Assembly: GCF_018350175.1 (NCBI RefSeq)
Contig: NC_058368.1
Span: 47,618,001 to 47,682,000 of the forward strand
Direction of reading: 5' to 3'
Length of the DNA: 64,000 bases
From: Felis catus
Lineage: Eukaryota
Part shown: positions 53,323 through 64,000 of the stretch, piece after piece
How positions within the stretch are numbered: the first letter of the stretch is position 1
Layout of the letters: every line of letters starts with the position of its first letter
Translations under genes and position numbers: made by a program
Notes under the pieces: model-generated
The model's database searches: none
What the model was told of the DNA's origin: nothing
The model's input: only the letters and a program-made list of their open reading frames with translations

Positions 53323-53538
53323 GGGGCACCTGGGTGGCTCGGTCGGTTAAGCGTCTGACCTCAGCTCAGGTCATGATCTCACGGTTCATGAGTTCGAGCC
53401 CTGCGTAGGGCTCTGTGCTGACAGCTCAGAGCCTGGAGCCTGCTTCGGATTCTGTGTCTCCCTCTCTGTCTGCCCCTCTTTTGCTCACGCCCTGTCTCTC
53501 TGTCTCTCAAAAATGAATAAACATTTAAAAAATAATAA
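53323..53538 (+). mobile_element. CanSINE
   Basis: TSD AAAAAGCTGATGTAAAA. Confidence 0.93.
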
Positions 53539-53701
53539 AAAAAGCTGATGTAAAAGCTCTTTTTTAATTTCTTTTGCAGCTATATTAAGGGTAGTGGTAA
53601 GAGCTCCACTTAAGAAACTATTCCAGTATTTCAGTGAGTGATGGTGGTATCTTGAACTTGACTAGTGATGATGGTGTCGAGCAAAAATGGACTAATTTGA
53701 A

Positions 53702-53719
53702 TTTTTTTAATGTTTATTT

Positions 53720-53768
<49 letters not shown>

Positions 53769-53945
53769 CACTCTTGTGAGTGAGTTGGGGAGGGGCAGAG
53801 AGAGAGGGAGGCCTAGAATCCAAAGTAGGCTCCAGGCTCTGAGCTGTCAGCACAGAGCCTGATGCAGGGCTCAAACCCATGAGCCATGAGATCATGATCT
53901 GAGCCAAAGTCGTACACTTAACTGACTAAGCCATGCAGGTGCCCC
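53702..53945 (-). mobile_element. CanSINE with long (GA)n
   Basis: TSD AATGGACTAATTTGAA. Confidence 0.92.
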
Positions 53946-54180
53946 AAGAATGGACTAATTTGAAAGCTATTTAGAAAGCAGAATCATAGAGTGTGGTGAT
54001 TGGATCCAGAAACTGTTGAAGAGAGGAGGAATGAGAATTGATGGCCTGGGTTTTGGCTTGTGGCCTGGGTTTATGGTGGTGCTACACAGCACATGGGAGG
54101 AATAGATTTGGAGAAGAAAATCACAAGGAAATACCTAAGTAGAGATAACCAGTAGAGAGTTAAAAATGTAGATTCTGGAG

Positions 54181-54400
54181 GGGCGTCTGGGTGGCTCAGT
54201 TGGTTAAGCTTCCAACTCTTAGTTTCAGCTCAGGTCGTGATCTAACAGTTTCTTGAGTTCGAGCCCCACACTGGGCTCTGTGCTCACAGCTACAAGCCTG
54301 GTTGGGATTCTCTCTCTCCCTCCCTCTGCCCTTCTCCTGGTCACGCTGTCTCTATCTTTCTCAAAAATAAATAAATAAGCTTAAAATATGTATTTTTTTT
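54181..54400 (+). mobile_element. CanSINE
   Basis: TSD AAATGTAG(A/G)TTCTGGAG. Confidence 0.92.
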
Positions 54401-54921
54401 AAATGTAGGTTCTGGAGCCTAAGAAAGAGAACTCATCTAGAGGTAGAGATTTGGGGGTCACAGCATAAAGATAGTGCTTTACATGGAAGTCATTAAATGA
54501 ACTGATAAATGAAGTACATAGAGTGAGAGCAGAAAAAGGCAGAGGCCATACTCTTGAAGAGTACCAACATTTAAAGGATGGGCAGAGGAAAAAGTACATA
54601 CACAAATTAGAGTGCAGGGTGACCATAAAGATAGCAGGAACTTCAGAAGGAGAGTAGAATCTGGCCAGTGACATGGACTGTCGAGACAAGTCAGACAAAG
54701 ATAAAAAAGCAACCATCGATTGAATTTACCAAGATGGTACAGCACTTTCAGTGGAGCTAAAAAGCAGACGACAGAGAATTGATGAGTGAGCGGAAGTTGA
54801 AAAGTGGGCTGTGGGAAAAATAGACAGCCCTTAAGATATTTAAATCAGAGAATATAGCATGATCAGGCAGGAGGCATGAAGTCGAGTGCTTTTACCTCCC
54901 ACAGCTAGAGAGTATCCAGTT

Positions 54922-56289
54922 GTGTTGTTTTTTTTTTTTTTAATATAACTTAATGTCAAATTGGCTAACATACAGTGTATACAGTGTGCTCTTGGTTTTG
55001 GGGGTAGATTCCCATGATTCATCACTTGCATACAACACCCAGTGCTCATCCCAACAAGTGCCCTCCTCAATGCCCATCACCCATTTTCCCCTCTCCTCCG
55101 CCACCACCACCCCCCCCCCCCCCGCCCATCAACCCTCAGTTTGTTATCTGTATTTAAGAGTATTTTATGGTTTGCCTCCCTCCCTCTCTGTAACTATTTT
55201 TTCCCCCTTCTCTCATGGTCTTCTGTTAAGTTTCTCAAGTTCCACATATGAGTGAAAACATATGGTATCTTTCTCGGACTGACTTATTTCACTTAGCATA
55301 CTACCCTCTAGTTCCATCCATGTTGCTGCAAATGGCATGATTTCATTCTTTCTCATTGCCAAGTAGTATTCCATTGTATATATAAACCACATCTTCTTTA
55401 TCCATTCATCAGTTGATGGACTTTTAGGCTCTTTCCATAATTCGGCTATTGTTGAAAGTGCTTCTATAAACATTGGGGTACATGATCCCCTATGAATCAT
55501 CACTCCTGTATCCTTTGGATAAATTCCTAGTAGTGCTTTTGCTGGGTCATAGGGTATTTCTATTTTTAATTTTTTGAGGAACTTCCACACTGCTTTCCAA
55601 AGGGCTGCACCAGTTTGCATTCCCATCAATAGTACAAGAGGGTTCCCATTTCTCCACATCCTCACCAGTATCTGTTGTTTCCTGAGTTGTTAATTTTAGC
55701 CACTGTGACCAGTGTGAGGTGGTATCTCAGTGTGGTTTTGATTTGTATTTCCCTGATGATGAGTGGCGTTGAGCATCTTTTCATGTGTCTGTTGGCCATC
55801 TGGATGTCTTCTTTGGAATAGTGTCTATTCATGTCTTCTGCCCATTTCTTCACTGGATTGTTTGTTTTTTAGGTGTTGAATTTGGTAAGTTCTTTATAGG
55901 TTTCGGATACTAGTCCTTTATCCGATATGTCATTTGCAAATATCTTTTCCCATTCTGTTGGTTGCCTTTTAGTTTTGTTGATTGTTTCCTTTGTAGTACA
56001 GAAGCTTTTTATCTTGATGAGGTCCCAATAGTTCATTTTTGCTTTTAATTCCCTTGCCTTTGGAGACATGTCGAGCAAGAAATTGCTGTGGCTGAGGTCA
56101 AAGAGGTTGTTGCCTGTTTTCTCCTCTAGGAATTTGATTGTTTCCTGTCTCACATTTAGGTCTTTCATCCATTTTGAGTTTATTTTTGTGTATGGTGTAA
56201 GAAAGTGGTCTAGTTTCATTCTTGTGCATGTTGCTATCCAGTTCTCCAAGCACCATTTGCTAAAGAGACTGTCTTTTTTTCCATTGGAT
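54922..56289 (-). mobile_element. 5'-truncated felid/carnivore L1 (ORF2 C-terminus + 3' UTR)
   Basis: Three frameshifted ORF2 pieces on the minus strand; 14-bp TSD GAGAGTATCCAGTT (54908-54921, 56290-56303). Confidence 0.95.
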
Positions 56290-56884
56290 GAGAGTATCCA
56301 GTTTAAATGGGAAGGAGGCACATAGATGTTGCAGATACAAATGAGAAAATAATCAGCTGAGCAAAGTGTTAGGGAAGGAGAAGATCAGAGCACAGTGATG
56401 GGATTTAACTTTAGACAGGAGGGCTATACCTTTTCCATTTTGAAGATAGAAATAAAGATTATGTTAAGATAAAAGTGAGTTTGTAGGTTTGGTGGTAAGA
56501 ATTTAGGTAGTTCCTGTCTAATGGCTATACTATAATGGCAGGAGATGTGCTAATGTCACAGTTTTGAGGAAATAGAATTTTAAAATAGCCACACAGTAAA
56601 TGAGTGATATATATTATGGAAACATCAAATAATTGCCAAGTTGAAACACCATGTGTTTCTAGTAGTACCACCATTCTATGTAATTTTCTCCAGTAGCATT
56701 CAGCATGCTAGGTGTCAACATGGGGAAGATGGACAGGTGGATTGGCCCAGAATTACATTCCACCTTCTCTTAGGTATGCATATTATACATGTTCAGATCT
56801 CTTGTTAAATTGTAAGGTTGGAATTACCTTTATATTCTTTATGTCACCTACATTTGGAATACTGTGGAAAAAGCCAAAAGTTAA

Positions 56885-57060
56885 ACAGACAAGATGAGTT
56901 CATATCACAGCTTTGCTACTTGACAGCCATGGATTCTTGTGATGATAATTGAACCCCTCTAAACTTAGTTTCCTCGTGTGTGAAAGTAATATCTACTTTG
57001 CAGGACTATATGAGAATGAAATACTGTAGTAACATTCCTGGCATGTCACAGGCACATAAC
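56885..57060 (+). mobile_element. MIR
   Basis: aacccctctaaacttagtttcctcgtgtgtgaaagtaatatctac core. Confidence 0.65.
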
Positions 57061-57580
57061 TCTATGAAGGTGGTTCCTTTTTCTTTTTCCCTTCTGTTTC
57101 AAAATTCAATTCATATGTTATGTATGCTTTGAAGTTCTCTGTAACTTGACAAAGAAAAACTTATCTTTTTTTTCTACCTCTTTCCAATAGTTTTTTAAAT
57201 ATTTCTATTAATGTTCACATCACTATATGTCATAATTATGCATGTGTCTTTCCCAGTAAAGTACTTCATTCTTCCTTGTATATTAGCCTTTTAGCACAGT
57301 ATTTAGCACATAATAAGTACTCAGTTGAATGTTTGTTATGGCCCTTTACAGTCTTCCACTATAATTGCACTTGAAGCTGTCAAACAGAATAGTCAAATAG
57401 ACAGCTTTAGAAACTAGCCTTTAATATATCCTCATCCCCTTCCCTCAGATAGTAAAATACACTCTGACAACTGATAACATTTTAACTGAAGAAGTACGGA
57501 AGGTCTCTTACACCCAAGAACAATTTCAGAGATTTTTCTGAAAGTAGCCACTAGGAAGTCCTATCTGAAAAGTTTGTCTA

Positions 57581-57788
57581 GGGGTGCCTGGGTGGCTCAG
57601 TCGGTTGAGCGTCTGACTCTTAATTTTGGCTAAGGTCACGATCCTAGGGTCATGGGATCGAGCCCCATGTCATGCTCCGTGCTAAGTGTGGAGCCTGCTT
57701 GGGATTCTCTCTCTCCCCCTCTGTGCCTCTCCCCCACCCGCATGCTCTCTGTCTCTCTAAAATAAAATTAAAAAAAAAAAAAAACTTT
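57581..57788 (+). mobile_element. CanSINE
   Basis: TSD GAAAAGTTTGTCTA. Confidence 0.92.
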
Positions 57789-59002
57789 GAAAAGTTTGTC
57801 TACAGTAAAGCTATTCCTAAAACCCTGGATGCAGCAACCTCTATGGGTATCCAGCCTTTAAGGAATGGTATATGTTCATGGGCAGTATCTATTTCCAAGA
57901 CTTAAGTAAGGTTCTTCTACCCCTTCGCTTAGTGCCTCTACCAATAATATCTTTCAGGGTGTACAGGCATTTCAGTTTGTATTTAACCAGAATTAACCAA
58001 CCACTCCTTACTACGGTACATAGAATATGCAAAGCCCCATACTTGCCTAAATGTTGTAGTCCCATTAGCCCAGATAACTTACCCCTTACTGCAGTGTGTA
58101 TCACCTAACAAAAAGAAAACAAACCTGCAGTTAGCCAGGTTTCTTAAAAGTGAAGTCACAGTATAATTATCATTCTTTTATGGTATGTTTATGTTCCCGG
58201 ATTCTAACTCGTTATGTTCTTTGTGATTTCTCGGAAAGTTTCAGGGACATTTCAGCACCACAAGTGCCCCTTAGGCAATCCACTTCATAAAGGGTTCAAA
58301 TAAATTACATATTTCTATATGTGTGTCATTCCTTTTGGTTCCTACTTCACTGTTTTGACATTTTCTTAAGAGTACCTTTTTTACATGTTTTTTTATATAC
58401 TTCTGTAGTTACATTTTACATCATCCTAAAAAAAAAAAAACACCGAGTGCAGAAGTTAATTTTTCTTTAAATGAAAATGCAATTATTTCTCAGATTTATA
58501 CATTTCTCATCTTAGTGGTACTCTTCCAGTTAAAATTTGATTTGCTGGGTTTAAGTGAGTATTTTAAAGAAAGACAATTATTATAGTGAAAACCTAAAGC
58601 ACACATACAAAGGAAGTTATATTTTTTCTATAAAGTTTTAGAATGCTTATTTTTTTCATATAAGGGTATGTGAACTCAGGTCCAAGGAAATTCAGGGAGT
58701 AAAATATTGCAAAAAATACTCATTGATAATCTCGAATTTACATATACTTTTAAAAGTATGCCAGAACCAAACCTATTACATATCAGTAATAATAATATCT
58801 TGAATTTTTATAGCTTCTTTTTACCAAAATGTTTACAACATTTTCAGATTATGTTATACTAATATACATACGGATCAGTTATAGGTTGCTTTCAACCAAG
58901 TGTGTTTCGAAATATGAATCAAAGAAAGCAAACGTTTTAAATTATTCCTTCATATTGAGAGACCTGGTCTTTTGCTTGTGCCTTCTAGAATTCAAGAGCA
59001 CT

Positions 59003-59222
59003 GGGGCACCTAGGTGGCTCAGTCAGTTAAGTGTCCAACTCTTGACTTCGGCTCAGGTCATAATCTCACATTTCATGAGTTCAAACCCCACATTGGGCTG
59101 TGCTGACAGCAAAGAGCCTGCTTGGGATGCTCTCTCTCCCTCTCTCTCTGCCCCTCCACAGCTCTCTCTCTCTCTTTCTAAAAATAAATAAATAAATAAA
59201 CGTTAAAAAAAATTTTTTTTAA
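59003..59222 (+). mobile_element. CanSINE
   Basis: TSD TAGAATTCAAGAGCA. Confidence 0.92.
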
Positions 59223-59551
59223 TAGAATTCAAGAGCATTGAACTTTTTCCCAAAATAGGTGCTTTTCAGTTGATAATAAGAATGCTTAATATTTGTATAT
59301 TACTTCAGAGTTTTTTATACTCATTTACTTTATTTAAGCCTCACAGGAACCCTATAATGGTCTTTTACCTATTTCACAGAAATAACAACTGAATCTCAGT
59401 TATCCATTTTGTAGAAAGTTAATAACTCTTCTCAGTTTTGAATTACATAAAAGACATGTGAATTTCTTTTAGATTGTACTCTGGTGGACCTCTGTGTTTA
59501 TGTGGACTTGTACAGAACTCAGTAGAACTAGGTCAAATTATTTTGATTTTT

Positions 59552-59777
59552 GGGGTGCCTGAGTGGCTCAGTCAGTTGAGTGTCCACCTTTGGCTCAGGT
59601 CATGATCTCACGGTTCATGAGTTTGAGCCCCGTGTCGGGCTCTGTGCTGACAGCTCAGAGCCTGTAGCTTGCTTTGGATTCTGTGTCTCCCTCTCTCTCT
59701 GCCCCCCCCCACTCATACTCTGTCTGTCTCTCTCTCTCTCTCTCTCAAAAATAAATAAACATTAAATTTTTTTTAAT
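59552..59777 (+). mobile_element. CanSINE
   Basis: TSD TTATTTTGATTTT. Confidence 0.92.
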
Positions 59778-60949
59778 TTATTTTGATTTTCATAAGTATT
59801 TTGGCTTTAATCTTTCATCATCTTTAAAATTACAAATATCTTTGTTGTATATTACAAGCAAAACTATGTCTTGTGTGAAGCAATATATCTCATCATAAAA
59901 ATATTTTATCTGAAAAAAGAAAAATAAATAAAAATATTTTATCTGCGTATATATGTCCTTTTAACTTTTTTCACATCATATTTTCATATCTACTAGGTAT
60001 CATATAGACCTGTTATTTTCTAGTTTTTTAAATATTTTAGAATGAAATATGTTTTATTTCCACTATATTTCAGAAGTTTGGCATATTTTCTTTTAAATAG
60101 TAAGTACATTTCTCTGACCTTTTTTTTAATCAGTAAGGGACAAGTAAATGACCTCCTACTATCATTTCTAACCCTGTGTTTTTATGACTTAGAACTGTAG
60201 CAGTTTGTAACAAACCACACAATTCTAGGACATGAGGAGATGCACAAAATGCAAAACTATAAGATAAGTCCCTGGAAATATGTGGTGACCAAGAGATTGT
60301 GAACAATGATGTGAGATAATTATGATCATAATCCTGTTAGGTACCATATTAGCACTATTTTGATGTAACTTAACAAGTCACTGATCACATATCAAGGAGC
60401 TAACACAAAGAAGACTAAGAATAAAACATTGAGAAAGTATAGGCACTGGAGTGAGCCACACTCGGGAAACCAGCCCTCAAAATAGAGCACAGTGTTTAGA
60501 GATTGAAGTCGATGATGGACATCAGCTAGAACATGCATAAAAACCTATCAGATTATACTAAGAGAGTAAAGGCCAGAAACTAGACAGCAACTAGATGAAT
60601 ACTGTTTCAGAGGGAAAGCTGGGCACCAAGAGAGCATGAATACCAGAAAGCAGAGCAGTTAGAAGTCCAAGATGTATAACCCAGCAATCAGACGAGATAA
60701 AGGTATGTACAAACCAATCAGCAGAATCAAAGTGCCCATACTTCTGTTGTAAGTTCAACAATGGCAGTGATTTCAACTCAGGGGCCTACTCTACTGTATT
60801 AACACTAGCTTCTTCTGCCTGACCTTAAGATTATATCCAAGTTCAGGAAAGAATGTACCAGGTGATTAGTTACATCCCTTAGGCTATGACAGCACAGTAG
60901 TCTCTCATTCAAGTAAATACTTGAGCTCTTGCTAAGCTTTCAGTCATAG

Positions 60950-61408
60950 ATAAGGTATGGTTCCAAAAATGTGAATGTCGTCTTAAATACATTAGAATAA
61001 GAAGTAGATAAGCCTTACTCTACTCTTCGCTGGCCAAGACTTTTTTCTTTGTTCTGTTCTAGGCCCAAAACTTTTAAATACTAGAAGATAATCTGAGGAA
61101 AACAATCAGGATAGTGAAAGAATTCAAGAATTCTTTTTAGTCATAAAAGGGATGAATGAACTGGGGGTATTTACAGAAGAAATGATTCAGAGAGATGTAA
61201 GAAATTCAAAGTAAACATGTGAAAGAAGCAGTAATAGACTTGTTATACATGTCTCCAAAGGCTAGAATTAAAACCTAAGGATAGACCTCATAAGGAGACA
61301 TGTTTTATTTGTTTTCCTTTGCTTTGTTGCTTTGTTGTTGTGTTGTTTTGTTTTGTATAGAGTCTGGGTTAAATAACTTGAAGATCACTTCCAAACCTGA
61401 AAGTGTGT
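60950..61408 (+). mobile_element. L3/CR1 LINE 3' relic
   Basis: gaactgggggtatttac, tagacttgttat...ctccaaagggctagaatta and terminal gaagatcacttccaaacctgaaa resemble the L3 3' end. Confidence 0.6.
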
Positions 61409-61697
61409 GTATCGAAGGCTTTGATAGAAGATAGATGTTCTATTGTGTAAATAATGACAGCTTTGAACCCAGAAAGACCTGCACTCTAGGGAGACGTTAG
61501 CCTACAAATGGGAACAAGTATTTTGATGGGAAGACTGAGGGACTGGAAAAGAGGGGTTTGCAGTCGTAGATACTGCTACTGTTCTCTAACAGTTCTGCCA
61601 TACAAAATCTGCTTTATCTGTTGTTTAGAGTGTAGTGGCATTGGCATTCAAGGTATATTTTAAATTCCTCAAAAATCACATATTAAAAATCTCTCCT

Positions 61698-61917
61698 GGG
61701 GTGCCTGGGTGGCTCAGTCGGTTAAGTATCTGAGTCTTCGGCTCAGGTCATGATCTCACAGTTCTTGAGCTTGAGCCCCGAGTTGGACTCTGTGCTGACA
61801 GCACGGAACCTACTTGGGATCCTCTCTCTCCCTCTCTCTTTGCCCCTCTCCTGCTCACATACACATTCTCTCTCTCCCAAAATAAAGAAATAAACTTTAA
61901 AAAAAAAAAGAATATTT
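61698..61917 (+). mobile_element. CanSINE
   Basis: Full body; imperfect TSD taaaaat.tctcc. Confidence 0.9.
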
Positions 61918-62024
61918 AAAAAATATCTCCACTGAAGTATTTTCAAGTTGAAATGATTTGAGGTCTGAAATCTGCTTTGAAATGTTTCAAAAAAAACTGG
62001 TAAGGGAATAGATAAAACATTGTT

Positions 62025-62868
62025 GACAGAACAATCTGGCACTTCCTCAAACAACTAAACACAGAAATGTAGAAATACCATATGACCCAGCAATCCACCC
62101 CTAGGTATATACCTAGGAGAAATGAAAACAGGTCCACACAAAAACTTGTGCATGAATCTTTATAGCAACATTATTCACAGCAGTCAAAAAGTGGAAACAA
62201 CCTGGGGCGCCTGGGTGGTTCAGTCGGTTAAGCAGCTGACTTCAGGTCATGATCTCATGGTCCGTGGGTTCGAGCCCCGCATCAGGCTCTGTGCTGACAG
62301 CTCAGAGCCTGGAGCCTGTTTCAGATTCTGTGTCTCCCTCTCTCTGACCCTCCCCCGTTCATGCTCTGTCTCTCTCTGTCTCAAAAATAAATAAATGTTA
62401 AAAAAAAATTTTTTTTTAAGTGGAAACAACCTAAATGTCCATCTGCTGATGAATGGATAAACAAAATACAGAATAATCAAATAGAGTTTTATTTGGCCAT
62501 TAGAAGGAATTAAGTAGTGATATGTTACAACATGGATGACCCTTGAAAATGTTATGCTAAATGGAAGAAGCCAGTAACAAAAGATCACATATTTTATGAT
62601 TCCATTCATATGAAATGTCTAGAACAGGAAAATCTACACAGGCAGAAAAAAGATTAGTGGTTACTTAAGGCTGAGAAGTTGAGAGTAAGGTGGGATAGCA
62701 GAGTGATTCCTAAAGGAGTCCAGGTTTCTTTTTGAAGTAAAAGTTTCATAATGGACTATAGTAATAGTGGGTAATCGTAATGTCTGCGAATATACTAAAA
62801 AACATTGGATTATATAGTTTAAATGGATGACTATATGGTGGTGAATTGTATCTCATTAAAGCTGTTTG
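62025..62868 (+). mobile_element. Old L1 (L1MB/MC-like) 3' end with nested SINE at 62204-62417
   Basis: accatatgacccagcaat...gtgaattgtatctcattaaagctgtt; SINE TSD AAGTGGAAACAACCT. Confidence 0.85.
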
Positions 62869-64000
62869 ACAAAACAAATCTGGCAAAATGTTTATCATTG
62901 GTATAGTTAGCCAATAGAAATTGAGAGCTTCATATGCTCTCGTCTTTGTATGTTTGAAAATTTCCATAATAAAATGTTTTTTAAATACCTTTCAGATGAA
63001 ATTTAAATATCCAAAATATGTATGTACTTGGTTTAAAATAAGGTTGGTTTTTACCTTGTGTTTACTTCAAGTAGGAAAGATGCACAGAATTATCTGACTT
63101 AGTAGCCATGACACATTGTTATTCGTAGGTAAAAACACTTACATTTGACCTCTAGTGGAGCACATACTTTGCATTATACTTGTCAGAGCTATTTTCATCA
63201 AGAAATGCCATCTATGTGTCCCCTTGCCAACATCTTTGCAGAGTTTACAACTTTCAGCAATTTATTGGCATCAACTACGCAATTCTGTTAAGCAGCTGCT
63301 GTGTAGTTGAGCTGTTTTAATATACCACCACTCTCTGTGCATAGTTTCTACTAAATGGCCGAGATATACGATTCTGGATTTACGAGAGCAGTTTATCACG
63401 TTTGTAGAGATTATTTCTGCAGTAACAATCGTCATCGTCCTCATCATCATCATCTAGAAGTTTTATAAGAATGTCCTTGCCCTTAATTCTTCCATTTTGA
63501 ACACTAATTATTTCACTTCAATGTGGTTTGTATTGTTTCATTTTATTTCAATAGTTTTACCCTAAGTCTCAATTATTCAGCCAGATGCAGTTCTGGAGTT
63601 GTTAATTTTAAAGAATGGTTCATTCATTCTGAAGTTACTGTAATTTTTTTATGTATTTGATATACTAGATTGTAACATAAATACTGTTCACTTTTTGGAA
63701 CTCAGTATAAGAGTATATCAGAATTAATGAATATTATTATAAATCAGACCATGTTATAGATTAGTATTTAAAGGTGTCAAACTAGTGATTTAAGGGAAAG
63801 AGGACTGGGGCATGGCACTTTTACAGTATTTTAATTTTTCCATGAACAAGTAATAGCATTTTTAAAAACAGGAATTTTTTAAAACTATTTTGAGAAATGG
63901 CTTTCTAAATTAATGGAACATTTGCCCAGAAGAGGCTACACCTGCCAAAATAAGGGACTCTGGATTAGGGCACTCTACGTTTTGTCATTTTGGAGAAGAG

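Larger units (their letters stand above)
53560..54840 (-). mobile_element. Decayed L2 interrupted by SINEs
   Basis: Purine-rich antisense L2 motifs (tagagatttgggggtcacagcataaagatagt; ccaacatttaaagg). Confidence 0.6.

Noticed and set aside
63375..63457. Minus-strand acidic peptide LDDDDEDDDDCYCR... as a pseudogene fragment
   Set aside because: Produced by a trinucleotide repeat; the frame closes quickly and resembles no protein I know.

Overview
Mammalian genomic DNA, almost certainly felid (cat family), judged from many feliform tRNA-derived CanSINEs, including several near-identical young SINEC_Fc-type copies. The window lies inside the 3' half of PIBF1 (CEP90) on the + strand. Three internal coding exons (103, 131 and 85 bp) have AG/GT boundaries and splice into one continuous coiled-coil reading frame. 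The rest is intron: about 45 SINEs, young and old LINE-1 fragments, L2/MIR/L3 relics, hAT MITEs, at least two solo LTRs and microsatellites. I found no prokaryotic-type system, CRISPR array, rRNA or true tRNA gene, and I cannot support a wholly new biological system. The most unusual items are: a 376-bp betaretrovirus-like solo LTR inserted inside a SINE; a SINE with an ~84-89 bp target-site duplication (TSD); a young SINE and a young L1 apparently inserted head-to-head at one palindromic TTTT/AAAA site; and a sense-oriented solo LTR with recognisable CCAAT, TATA-like and polyA elements between two exons. Repeat family names come from recalled consensus sequences, not a database search. Boundaries of old repeats are approximate.
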